From NCBI GenBank assembly GCA_002633005.1, contig NMRA01000883.1, positions 26,157 through 90,156 of the forward strand: a stretch of 64,000 nt of DNA, given 5' to 3'. Both the position numbers and the translations under genes were made by a program. The stretch comes from Phoronis australis. Taxonomy: Eukaryota; Animalia; Phoronida. Each line of letters starts with the position of its first letter. The first letter of the stretch is position 1. Below are positions 1 to 12,239 of this stretch, piece after piece. The notes beneath the pieces are model-generated. The model ran no database searches and had not been told where the DNA came from. It was given only the letters and a program-made list of their open reading frames with translations.

Positions 1-1483
1 AATTCGTATCACGAGATTGGACTGGAGATAGACCTGATCGTACAGCCCCAACTCGTTTAAATCACCGGACTTATCCCCAAAGGATGTACGACGAATTCTA
101 GCAGACTGCGGGCTACGGCAGGCAGACTGGTAGTGACCAAACTTACCACACTTAAAACACATAACTGAAGGTCTCTGTGGGGAAGTTTGGGGGGGGACAT
201 AGATAGCGGAGGGGATCTAGATGGTGTTGGATTAGAATCCAACATATTTAATACCCTCGACAAATCTGAGGTAATGCCCTTAAAATTCGAATTCATAGTC
301 TGGGACATACTTTTAAGTTCTCGATGTATAAGGGCATTGTCTTCTTTAAGACCTCCTATTTCAGAGTTGACCTTAGCCATCTGAGACTGTAAAGCATGCA
401 GCCTAGACTCAACTGCAGAGTTTGAAGCAGAGGATACTATTGGACTGAATTTAAGTGCAGGTTTTTTGTTCTGTGAAAGCAGGTTGATAGAAGCTTCGTC
501 CTTGCGCGATGGTGAGCTCTCGAACCAAACAGACCGACGATTTTGATTTGCCATCAATCGCTGGGTCGTTGCTAACCATGCAACTTTAGACTCTGCCTCA
601 GCTAGGGACACAGGTGATGAGTTCATCACCTGCGTACCTACAAACTTATCGCGTAACCCAAGGGAGAAACGAAATACAAGATCTACTTTTTCTTGCTCCA
701 AAGGGTTCGGGAAGGCTTTTAAAAACAACCTGTTTAACCTACACGCCCAGTTCTCCATAGATTCCCCCGGCTTCTGCTCGGCGTATTGGAATTCAAGGCG
801 TAGGACCTGGGTGCAGGCAGTCGAAGAAAAATGTTCCGACATGTGTGCAACCACGTCATCGAAACCAGAATCTGGGTTCGTTCTCATGAAGTTAAGGAAG
901 AAATGCAAGGCCACATCGTCCAAACACATTCCTAACTCCGAGACGCACTTGTCTTCCGACCATAAGTTGTCCTTAGCCAAGCGCTGATATTTCCAAAAAA
1001 ATCGTCCCATTTGCCTTTTTCCCCTTGGTAAACTAATTTGGACGGGGCATTTGGCCTTAAACTGTAGGGACGGGTGTGGGTAGACGGACCAACCGTTCGG
1101 CTACCAGAACTCTGGGCAGGCACAGGCGAAGAAGAATCCTGCTTAGTGGAGTACTTCCTTCTTACTGTAACAGGGGATTTGTTCAACCTGTCGCATGCCT
1201 GGGCAATGCCACTTAAGTCCTGGGGCAAACGGGTACGTACAGGACTACCCAGAGGAGAGGTATCTCGGGATTGAATATCACCATACTGGGTGAAATCAAT
1301 GCCAGAAATAGCACTCCTCGTCAACCTCCATCCGGAATGGATGTGGTTAATATTCTCTGGGGTTATCGGCTGAGTTTGCCGAAAAGCCAGAATGGATTGG
1401 GCAATATCTTCTGTCATGCCCGAGAGCTTGAATAACTCTTGGGAAAGACAGAAGTTTACTGGAATCCTGTCTTGGAAAGACAT
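1..1483 (-). CDS. gag: Gag polyprotein (HhH-like N-terminus, capsid domain, CCHC zinc knuckle), split by two single-base frameshifts in homopolymer runs
   Basis: ORF 932..1492 joins ORF 57..1010 as ...LVYQGEKGKWDDFF/WKYQRLAKDNLWSEDK...QKPGESMENWACRL, typical of retrotransposon gag. A further -1 shift at the G8 run (189-196) gives ...MCFKCGKFGHYQSAC. Likely ATG at 1483. Confidence 0.85.
55..61 (-). promoter_or_regulatory. Putative -1 ribosomal frameshift heptamer (T TTA AAC) at the gag-pol junction
   Basis: In-frame GAT TTA AAC after the zinc knuckle; the -1 frame is open to the window edge; TTGGGGCTG/CAGTCCAA downstream can pair. Confidence 0.7.
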
Positions 1484-1815
1484 ACTAAACACAGGGTGCT
1501 TCGTCTTAGGAAAACCATGTGGTCACGTGACCTATTCTAGAAATTCTAGAAAGGTTCAAAACTCTAACTACAATACAAAATAATAAATATAAACTATACT
1601 ATATACAATTATACCAATAATAAATACCTATTTACAAAAACCTACAATTCCTAAATTAACGCAAAACGCTTGAAATACTCGTAAACATGAACTCAGGCAC
1701 TGCAAAAGCAGTGACGCACGTGGCTGTCAAAATGGGTACGAGAAAACAAGTTATGAAAACTTATTTCCCGCCACCACCGAAAGACACGCACGCCGCTCCA
1801 ACACCGGGAAATAGG

Positions 1816-1829
1816 TGCCGACTACGCCA
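1816..1829 (-). promoter_or_regulatory. Primer-binding site complementary to the 3' end of tRNA-Ser
   Basis: Minus strand reads TGGCGTAGTCGGCA 2 nt after the LTR end; it matches the animal tRNA-Ser 3' end ...TGCCGACTACGCCA as I recall it. Confidence 0.85.
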
Positions 1830-1831
1830 AA

Positions 1832-2133
1832 TGTTGTAATAAAGTGAGGTCGGCTGCCTAAACAGACACACAAGTTCGGGCCTATGAACGCGGTGCCAGA
1901 GAAAGTCCGGAGTATACTCACATTACGTCCGCACAGGACGGCAGCGAACTCCAGAAGACCCAGACGATCTTGTCACGTTGTCTTGAAGGGTGACTGGTCA
2001 CGTGATAGAAGGGTGACCTCGGCTGGGCTCTTCTGGCGTTAGATGTCGCACCAGGCCATGACCAACATTGTTAACAAAAGGACATCACAAAATAGAGACG
2101 CCACAGCCGAGACTGACGTGGACATTTACTACA
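1832..2133 (-). repeat. 5' LTR (about 302 bp)
   Basis: Minus strand begins TGTAGTAA and ends TTACAACA (imperfect inverted termini), adjacent to the PBS. Confidence 0.8.
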
Positions 2134-2650
2134 GGTATATCATTTGCCTTTAGGAACACAAGACTGTTCATCAGTTGTTTACGGTGATGCAGGCATAGGA
2201 CTACGTAATTTCACCAGTGGGTACAATAAAAAGCTCTGTCTATACTACATGTTCAAAAACAAGTACTGTTGTTACATTTTTGTGGTACATGCATGGTCAC
2301 ACAGTTTGTGATCTTCCTGAAAGGAGGACCAGTAACTTGCACTCCAGGATACTGTATTAGAATAACAACTGTTGTTTCTAGTGGTGCTAACTGGTTCTCA
2401 AATCATGTATCTACAAAACTGACTATTACCGCCACAATGCTATTGTGATAACCTCAAATTCAAACAAAGTAGTGGTAATACTCACCAGATCCAACAGAAA
2501 AGAACACATACATGTATGCATTGACATTGTTGAGTTCCTGCGGAAGTAAGTTGACTTTAGACATTTCAACCAGCATCCCCACTTGCAGGCTTGGCACGCG
2601 AGCTATCGCTAATAAAATGGGTGTTTGCAGAGTCTACCTGGTTTCCACAG

Positions 2651-4839
2651 CAGGGCTCGACATAACGAGCTGCAGGTCGCATTTGCGACCAGAAATTTGG
2701 AAATGCGAGCTGAGATTTTTGTCAGCTCGTATAAAGTCGCAAAATGCGACCTGGAATTTCCAACGAATGCGAGCTGAGTTTTTACACTTCTCAACAGACA
2801 CCTGGCAAATACAAAGCAACTCCTGTTAATCCGACCGTTATTTGGTTGTTGCCAAATACAAGTTCAAAAGAACACTAACCGAGAAAAGGCCTCCCGATGA
2901 CTTGTAAGCAAGTCGCGTGAACATGGGATATGCAGAATCGATCTTTGACGCGTTTCATTGGCTAACACTTTCGGCCACTTTTGTAAATTCCCGGATTCGC
3001 CGAAGAAAGTTTCGGGCCAATGCTTACACGTGATAAAACTTCACAAAACAACGGTGTTTCTATTAATTCTTAAGCGATCAACTTACCAAACTTTGTGGTG
3101 GACAAAAATGCTTATTTTTCACATAAGATGTCCTTATTACATGTACCAAATATCCACGACAATATCCCTGATATCGCACTGCGGCACCATTAGCGCGCAA
3201 GCGGTCCCGGCAGACAATCGTGACTTAGACTGAGGTATGCTTCTCCTTTTATCGTATTAAGACAGCCAAAGTGAAAATGACAACCTTGTTAATCGCCAAA
3301 CGACGGTCACGTCTTTACTTTCAATTTTCCAAGAAATTCTCAAACCCTTTACTTGTTTCTGGGGCTACGTGCGCGAAATATGATTTGTCTTTCACACGTT
3401 GTTGCCAACGTAAAGTGTAGGCCTACTCCAGCGATTCAAGTGCGTGAACTCACGCGTGCGCACCACTTCAAAGAACAGCGACAGTCCTAAATGAAAGAGT
3501 ATACCGGCTTGGCTCTGGTTTATTTGAAAATGAACTCAGATTCCCAGCGGTTATAAAAGACCCGATGTCCCGGGACCGATATAACCCAGAACTAACGTTA
3601 TTCTGTTCCGATGTTTCCCGAGGTCGATGTTCTGTAAACCCTGTATTCTATGCCCGTAGCCAGTTATTGCAACTAAACTGGCACTAGATGCGAAATTGTG
3701 GTTCCAGTTAGCGAACTTTTCATTCTTCTCTTTATACGCCCCCCCCCCCGGCAACTTTTCGCTCCCCGAACCACCGTCGCCGTAAAATGTTCAGACTTCT
3801 ATAGAAACAACCTTGTTCCGGCTGAAGCGGGCAGTTAAAAAATCATTCCGGGTGGCTAAAAAGGGTACAATGTAGGTGGTAACGATATCCAGAAAGTCAC
3901 CCCTACCAGATGGAGTTTGCCTCGCAAAATCGTATTATTATAATGTTTCTTACCATTGCAGCGTTTTAATATCTTATTACCGCAAACACTGAGGTTAACG
4001 ACTATGCTCACGCACAAGCCTACTCCCTACCTTTAAAGTGTTTCATAATAAGCGCTCACTGATCTATTAAAAGTCCTCCCTTAAATTTTGAGAATTTCCA
4101 ATTAAGCGCCCACAGTTCAAGCTAGCGCCCATCATTGCGCACTACAAACGACCGCGTGTGGTTTAAAATTGACACGCAGTTTATATGGTGTGTGTCACTT
4201 TCATTTTACACAACTTCAGTTTTCTAAAACGTCTTTTCACAACATGTAAAAACCAAATCCCGGCTTTGTTTTATACCTCGGAAAGAAAATTAACACTAGT
4301 GACATGCGTGTCGTTTTGCGACTGACCTATTTTTCCCGTACTTGGAAGGTATTGAAGAGCAAACTCGCGATTATCCGAGTTAGTTTGAATCGTTAACGAC
4401 TTTGATGACGGCCAGTGAGAAGACCAGATCTAACAAAATCCCGGATACTTTTTCAACGGGCATTTTCTCCCTTTTCACATCGCAAATTTAGTTACTCGAA
4501 TGCACGAGTCAGTTAGAGAGCACTGATTCAACTTTCACGTCGGCAACTTGCCTTGCGCTCTAGAGACTTTCAATGGCGGTCGTGAAGAACAGTAAGGCCG
4601 TACCTGCATGAATGAAGTCAATTTTGAAATCCGAAATTTGTGAGTATTTAACGCTGCAGGTAAGAGCATAATCTAAACATTTTCCCGATGATCTAAAAAA
4701 TCTGTTTTGGCGCGTAAAAATGGCGGGAAAATTTTGCGACCTGGCATTTACGAATGCGAGCTGGATTTTGAAAATGCGACCTGGGATTTTGGCTAGGTCG
4801 CAAAATGCGACCTGGCAATTTTATTAGCGTCGAGCCCTG
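2651..4839. mobile_element. Non-autonomous hAT-like DNA transposon (hAT5-like, 5-bp TSD)
   Basis: Perfect 11-bp TIRs CAGGGCTCGAC...GTCGAGCCCTG, flanking direct repeat CACAG, many TGCGACC/TGCGAGC subterminal motifs at both ends, no long ORF. Confidence 0.8.
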
Positions 4840-5113
4840 CACAGAATTCCAAGATTAGCCCGGTGTCTTGCCCTTGCCTTGAACGCAGTCGCTCAAGCGT
4901 GACACGGGTCCGGTGAACACGCATTTGTTAATTGTCTCGCCAAAATCCGTTGTGGCACAGTCTGTAGGTGCGGTGGTTTGGTACTCACTTTATGCCGCAT
5001 CAAGTTTTCACATATGTGCAGAGGACATTCTTTTGAGGTTCCACACACTTCATCACACTCCATCATACTAGCAGTTAACACAGCAAGTCAGGATCAGCCA
5101 TTTTGCCACCACT

Positions 5114-5912
5114 AAAGTGACACCTGTTGTTGGACACTGGGTTCACGAAAAACGCGGAATTTTAATTAAAAAGGAAAAATACCTTAAACAATTGCGCCTG
5201 ACTTAATGACACTAAACTAAATATTAATAAATCAACTTTTGAATCAAAACTATGCACTTTACTGGTGTTGTAATGTTCCAAACAGGTATCGGTATTGAAG
5301 GTAATTTATACTCAGGTGGTTGTCGCAATCTTGCAATTCCTATAAAAAATGCTCAGCGCCAGATTTTTTTTTTGTTTCAATCAACAGCAATAAGATAGAA
5401 ACGTCTTGTGTAAAAGTCTGGTGTTGATCAGTGTTGTGCCAGCTGAGATATACGGGCTCAAGGTGTGGCGAAATTGCAATGCCTTGTTAACCTCTGACCC
5501 CTCTATACTTTATGCCTGAAAATTTTAACAGAGTTAATGAGTATTGTGTAACATCTTTGTGAAGCCGAAGACTTGCTTTATTTAAAAATTAAAAACAAAT
5601 AATGATCTTGTGCGACGATAGTTTTTATTGTGCAGTGCAAATAAGGCATTTTCGGCGAGTTCATTGCATGGCATACCCCGAAAATAAAGGCTCCCTGATT
5701 TCTCCCCTTTAAACAAGGTAAAATGAAATTGGACTTTACTGTTTTGTTTATCATCCCAAAGGTAACTAAACTGCATAGTATGGTTCAAATTGGTGACATT
5801 TGGTTTATCACCCCTCTGGGCATTTTTGCCTGCTGTGAGCCGTCTCTTACTGGTTCCTAGGCTCAATGCACCCAGACGTTTTGTTTAATGCAGCTGTCCC
5901 ACGTCACTTTGA
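5114..5912. mobile_element. Possible degenerate Kolobok-like non-autonomous element
   Basis: Short imperfect inverted ends AAAGTGAC...GTCACTTT; the TTAA context is degenerate. Confidence 0.3.
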
Positions 5913-6635
5913 CTATGGAGACACTATCTATCAAGCCATTGGCTCTTGTGTTCTACTCCAGTTAGACCGTTTGCTGTATCAAGCTGAACTTTCAATTACA
6001 AGATCATTTAAATTTTCAGAAAAATAGTTCTCAATAGCTTGAATTGGCTTACACTTTCCGAAAGAAGGAAAGTACATGTACTCATAACCGCGAACACATT
6101 TAATATTCTCAATAGCATAAATAATGCGTCTGATAAGCTTATATTTAACAAATATGAAAGTATGCCGAAGGCCTGGCCGGAAGAATTCCCTAATTTTCCC
6201 AATACCCCGTCGTACTGCATGGCAACTCGCATGTCAACGATTCCAGTGCTTATAGACAGTTGAAATACACTGCCTTCAAATTTAAGAGACAACTGTTCAC
6301 CCTCAATGATCAAAACAAGCTTTAAAATCACTTTTGCCATGCAACTTTACCTTTCCCTCTTACCAAACTTAGGACTACTCTGTCCTAGCGGTCACAAGAT
6401 ATCCCTCAACCGATTGCGTTCTGGACATTTATTTTCTCGTAACTCTGACAGATTTTGACGCAATTTTCGCTGTGTAACTGGGGACAAGTTCAGACTAAAA
6501 TTCACTTTTTGTTGTACTGTCTACTTAATTTTCGACAACGACAGAGATTCTTCCAGACCATCTAAATTAAAGTTGATGTGTTCTATATACTAAATGAATC
6601 CAGTAGTTTACGAGACAAAGCCAATATCATCACTA

Positions 6636-6696
6636 ATGGTTCAAGTGCTGAAACTAATGTTGTTTATAAAAATATGCTGTTGTTGTTGTATTTGTT
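6636..6696 (+). CDS. Candidate first exon encoding a signal-peptide-like leader (MVQVLKLMLFIKICCCCCIC)
   Basis: ATG, 20 mostly hydrophobic codons, then a GTAAGT donor in phase 1 that fits the phase-1 acceptor at 11584; part of it is a TGT repeat. Confidence 0.35.
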
Positions 6697-6954
6697 GTAA
6701 GTCCGTGTCATCTTTCTCCTCTTCATTTGCGTAATGATAACAATTTAATATTCTCAATTATTGGTGTGCGTTAAATGTCTGAAGCCCAGATAAAATGCTC
6801 ACTGCAGTCTCCGGACTGAATGTTATTGTATTATGTTTTTGTGTATGTCTTAATAATTGTGTAACTGTTATTATTAACAAATTTGATCACATTGTAAATC
6901 TTAACAACAGTCAAAACAGACAGCGTTCTTTTAAGGTTAAAACCTTTATATCTG

Positions 6955-7159
6955 CAGGGGCGGATCCAGGATTTTGAGTTAGGGGTTGGGGCAGGGAACA
7001 AGAATAACCAATATTTCGGCAGATGCACGTGCCCAGCCTAAAATGCAGGGATGCAGGGGTCTCGAATTTTTGAATTTGCGGACCATTCGACAAAAAAAAT
7101 GTAAACGGGTTTGTTCAGTTCCTATGGTTATTCACCCCCCGAGCCCNAATCTGCCACTA
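6955..7159. mobile_element. MITE of the CAGGGGCGGATCC...GATCCGCCACTG family
   Basis: Imperfect TIRs CAGGGGCGGATCCAGG and AATCTGCCACTA; related ends at 20691-20705 and 27400-27627. Confidence 0.6.
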
Positions 7160-10100
7160 AATCTACTCTAAGTTTGACGTGCTGTATTTTTTAGCAGAAC
7201 GTCAATTTTTGCATGCTGCCAGATAGAAACTTGAACGGCCTACGCGTATACCAAAAATAGCTTTATTGAGGGGATTGCTGTAAAATGGGACTTAGTATAT
7301 TCTTTAAAGTAAACAGACGAAAGGCCCAGAAGTCACGTCCTGACCATACAATTAGTGGATTACTGAGTTTGGCATTTCAGGGTTGAACAACGAGAATGGA
7401 GCAAACGCGCTTTCAAAGCGGCCAAGTGTATATGACGTTTCGAAAGCCAAACGAGCCACACCTTTTCGAAGCTGATTGCATTGGGTACGAAGGGCCGTTA
7501 CGTTTCTGTGCTCGTGATTCAGTTCAGATCGTGACTAAGACATGCTAAATAGGTTTCTTCAATAGAAAACCTATCGCACGAAAATTATAGACCTTGAACT
7601 TAAAACACTAAGACGCTGTTGTTATTATTCACCTTCCCAGCGTACATTCATGTAATCAAAACGTCAGTTTGCTGGCAGTAAAATGTCACGCACTAACAAA
7701 GAAGCGAAACATAAGGAAAGCCAAAGCCGACAATATCCAGGACAACATTTTTTTATACAAGAATTAAATTCTCTGCTGGACCAAAAAGTAATATTCGCAA
7801 AACCAAAATTTAACGGGCCAGGACCTATATTTTACCACACCAGTACCAAAATTGAACCCCAAGCAGTGAAAATTTATCACGCCAGAGGAGAAAATTTAGT
7901 ACGTCAAGAAAATTCCACACGTCATGTAAACTTCACATCAGGAAAATATCATGCCAGGGGACAATATGACCAACCACAAGCACGTGACCATCAAAAAGAT
8001 GACGTAATAGGCACACAATATTTCTCCGGCGAAAGTCAATTTATCGGAGCAGTAAAGACACTTGGACACACTAAACGGCGAACGTTGACCCTGTTATTGT
8101 CAGGGACAGGAAATTCGCAGGAATCCAGTTCGATCACGTGCTTCGCTTTTAATACACCGGACAACTCGCGAACTAATGCGTGTTCTTGCGTTTTTGCAAA
8201 ATTCTCGCCTCCTCATCACGCACTTCTTGGGCAACCGTATCGTATAATATCTCAGATTGCACTTGATGCGTCATTTTTATGGTAACTGTTTGTTGATAGA
8301 CCATTTCCGTCAAAAAGAGGCTGAGGGTTCCCGCTTCTAATTGTAACGGAAAAACATGATCGCATGGTTCCATGTCTTGGGTTCGCAAGAAATATACAAC
8401 AAAAATACAAACTGTTGTGCAAAATAAACAAATCAAAGTAACTATAGAATTTCAATAAATAAGGAAATGAAAAGAGTATTAAAGCAATTCGGACTATATC
8501 AATACACCTTTGAACAGAAATCTTTTGAATTTATTGTGGTTTACTTTACACACATACACCTGCATTCAAAAGCAGCGTTTGGGTTGACGACAGTCGCAGT
8601 GTGATGTCAAATCAGTGGTTTACTAATCTTAAATTTTTAGGAGACTTCAAAGCCACCCACAACGGTCACCAGTAAACGATTGAATTTCTCTGATACGTTG
8701 CTTACATGATTTTGAATTAGTTACTTCAACAGATCTTAGATGCGAAAAATTATGACGAATAGGTTTCTAATCAAATTAGATAACCAAAACACACCAAATA
8801 GGAACACTCCGTCTGAGGTTCAAAATTACGTGTCAATAAAGTCTTGAAAACGGCGGCAAGTTGCTGAACATTAGAATTTTTATACTCGCTCCAAATCTAG
8901 TATCGTAATTTATTCTAAACATGGCTTTTACACCAACACTTATGAGAGGTATATCCTTGAATGCAAGAACCAGTTTCTGCAACTTAGAGATACACAAGAT
9001 ATAAAACGGGGAACTTGAACTGAAGTTATTGCTTTTTTCTAGTGGGAGTGTACCGGAGGTACCATTATTTCAACTGGATTTATTCTAAGAGAAAATCAGG
9101 TCAATTTCGAACCGCCGTTGGTTGTGTAAATATATGAACAATGCTTAATTTTAAAGGCGATTGTACTCTTTCAATTCTCTTCACTTGTGTTAATAACAAA
9201 TAAGAAAATAGTGAGGGCAATAGATCAAACACCTACTGTGTCCGCCGATTGACAACCAGGAACGAATATGACGGAGTACATATATGTTTAGCGACAATGT
9301 TCAAGGATCTAACCAAACAATTTGTATTTCATCTCCAAGCTCAATAAAAATGGTCCCTGCATGCGTTGCTTGCCAGGGACGTCGAACGCAAAATAGCGAA
9401 CTTGTTTAAACCATGTATTCACAACAAAAAATTGCGTCGACTATAACAAACCCCGTCTTATTACCAAACTCAAAATCTAACTCAAGTTTATTGTTAACAT
9501 TTTCCACCCTACTTTCGTGCGAACTCAAAATACTTGTCTCTTATTCTGCGCTCAATGACATCACGACTTACATGTAGATGAAAGTGCGGCCGTGTTTGAC
9601 ATGTCACTGTGAAATGACAAAAATGCGTAACACTATTAAAAATAACTCGTGACTCAGGAAATTTAACAAACTTAAAGAAACGGTATATGACAGATTCAAA
9701 AAGATACTTTTCTTATGAGGATAGATAATGAGCAAATGAACATTTATAACACATTCTCGCCAACAGATGTTTTAGACGCTTTAAACTTGACGTATTTTTA
9801 TCGAAAAATGTTTTGGTTAAAAATATTCACCGTTATCAAATTGGATTTGCTCGGTTGCATAAAGAGTCTTAAATACATGTAGGTACTCAACTAAATTCCA
9901 TAAATGTAAGGCGTAATTGCGGGCATGTGAAACATTGATTGTCCTTTCTTATTGGTTTGGTTTTCATTACTAAGTCATTTTTTGGCTTTGATGCAAAAGG
10001 AGATTGAAGTCTACGTTAAGGTCAACTATTATTGAAAATACAATGTAAGTAGGGATATTTTCAAGAAGTTAATGTAAGTCCTTGACTGCATTAAGGGTTC

Positions 10101-10459
10101 AGCTCTTAGTTATATCATTAGAAAACGTGATTAGCCAAAGAGGAATTCAAAATCAAGATAGAATGATAGAGAGCTATTACGTCTGTGAGTGGAGAACGAA
10201 AAAAAATATGTAAAATTTTCACTACGTGCTATTGAATTCGCGGAGCATGTTCTCTAGGAATACCAAAATGTCAGTTATTTGTAAGATCAAAAGTCACTTC
10301 TCATTAGAATAAAGAACAAGCTGAGACTGACTATATGGATGTCTAAATTCTTTTCCTTCGATGGAAGGACGGTTTACTGCAGTTAACTAGTTGAACTAAA
10401 TTATTTCTGAGTAATTATCTTTCAACACATCTTGCACCTTGAGGAACTGTGATATGTAG

Positions 10460-10540
10460 ATGTGCGTATTACAGTAATAACCATTACGTCAACTAATCTG
10501 TATATGTGCGTATTACAGTAATAACCATTACGTCAACTAA
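10460..10540. repeat. Two-copy direct duplication (37-bp identical block, period 44)
   Basis: ATGTGCGTATTACAGTAATAACCATTACGTCAACTAA occurs at 10460 and 10504. Confidence 0.9.
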
Positions 10541-11583
10541 CAGCCCGCCTATACATGTAGATAAAAAACGCATAGCCGATCATCCTAATCAAATGAAAAT
10601 AATGTTGTGGTTTATCGAAAATATGAATCAAGCACCAACACGATGCGTAAACTTAGAGACCCCGAGAATAGATAAAGTAGTTCCTGCTATTTCCGTGTTC
10701 TTTTGTAAATATATCCTTTAACTGTAATTGAATGTTATGAAAAACACCCAGGGTTTACATGTTATAAGTCGGCTGGCACAACAAAATACTACAGTTTCTT
10801 TGTTAAGGGAGCCAGCGAAAGAACAACATTTCCTTGTAGAGGTGTAATACCGGAGACTTGTACAAACTCAAGTAGAGGCGATTAGCTTTTCCGTGTCTCT
10901 GTATCGGTAACATGGGTAGTTTTGAGATCATTTTGATGATGTTAGTATTTCGAGCAGGTAGGTAGTGAACTAACAAAAGTACACTTACTTTATATCCTTC
11001 AAGAGCGCGTCCAGGATATTTATGGAAGAGGTTGATCAATGTTTTTTTTTTAAAAGGAGGTCCATGTCAACAATTTCAAAATTCTAGATTTGATATCACT
11101 TTAATCAAGGTAAAAGGGTGGGTTGACTAATTCATAGAATCTTCTGGTCGCTTTTTAGGTATCTTTCCCAACGTTCTGTGTAAAAACTGCTAGGTGATAG
11201 AACGAATGATGGGCATACACGTGTGACCGAAAGGGGAAACATAACTTCCATCCGGCATGAATTACTTAGCAGATGAAGTCCTATTATTATGTAATTACGG
11301 ACCTCCACCCTCGGTCAGAGTTGATTTTCAGACCCTGCCTCAATCATTGGCATATTTTGGGTCTGAAAACCAACATATTGACATCTGTGAAAGTCAATAC
11401 ATGTATGTTGAACTAGCATCCATAAATATGATAGTATGAGCTCGCAATATTGAGATTTGGCTAACTTCATAATCCGTCCAAATCTAATACGTGCATCTGT
11501 TTATAATGACTACACACTTCACACTATACATTTTGATATGTTTTGGTTAAAAATTTGATTTCACGTATTTGTTATGTTGCTAG

Positions 11584-11744
11584 ATTTTTACAACGCAGAC
11601 ACATGGATATCAAGAAAAGGTGTACGGTATATGCTCTCTAACAGCAGCTTGGATTGGTATAACGCCTCCCTCTATTGCCAGCAAAGATTATTAAAACTGG
11701 TTGTGCCAGAGGACAAAGAGGAACACCTTTGGATCGGGGAACAG
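11584..11744 (+). CDS. C-type lectin domain exon (N-terminal half)
   Basis: AG..GT bounded; RYMLSNSSLDWYNASLYCQQRLLKLVVPEDKEEHLWIGEQ fits the CTL pattern W-x2-A-x3-C-x6-L-V...E. Confidence 0.75.
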
Positions 11745-12033
11745 GTTGACTTTTATGTTAATCATGTGTACAACATGCGTGTTTACTACTTGAGGGATGG
11801 AGCGAGAGGAGAACACAGTGGCGTAGCAAGGGGCGGGGAGTGACACGCAACATACAATCGCCACTCGTGGAAAAATGGGTTATGTCTGTTATAGGCTCCA
11901 GCCAGTGCTGCAAAGCCTTGACTTGTAATGAAATTATGGGACACTGCAGCCCTGCACATGGTCATACTATACATCCACACATCATAGGGAATCAAATATA
12001 TGATAAACTACGTACAGTGTAAATAGTTTCTAG

Positions 12034-12176
12034 ATAGGAACCAACGTCCTTATGAAATGAAAGTGTAGTGTTGTACAGGTACATGTGACAATAAAATGAC
12101 GAGTGGTTTCACATGGAACGATGAAGACGATTAGAGTGACCAGACTAATTGGCCGTGATTAGCAGCCAGGGACTGC
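12034..12176 (+). pseudogene. Decayed C-type lectin middle exon
   Basis: Reads CTGTCDNKMTSGFTWNDEDD*SDQTNWP* then QPG in a shifted frame, resembling WIG..D..GFxWxDG..TNW..QP with stops. Confidence 0.5.
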
Positions 12177-12239
12177 TTCAAAGTTCATGGCCAATTTTTG
12201 TCATAAAGGTTACATTATTTACAATACTTCACATGTGTC

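Larger units (their letters stand above)
1..2133 (-). mobile_element. Ty3/Gypsy-like LTR retrotransposon, 5' part (5' LTR, PBS, gag, gag-pol junction); continues past the left edge
   Basis: LTR with TG...CA ends, PBS directly inside it, retrotransposon-gag-like ORFs, CX2CX4HX4C knuckle, then a TTTAAAC slippery heptamer. Confidence 0.9.

Noticed and set aside
7683-8285. 200-aa ORF with repeated YHARG motifs
   Set aside because: The repeats reflect short DNA motifs (TATCACGCCAG-like) typical of transposon subterminal regions; no recognisable domain or splice support.
11159-11313. LLCNYGPP, resembling the end of a CAP/SCP domain
   Set aside because: Upstream frames contain stops, other CAP motifs are absent, and the donor phase does not fit the next exon; at most an unverifiable remnant.
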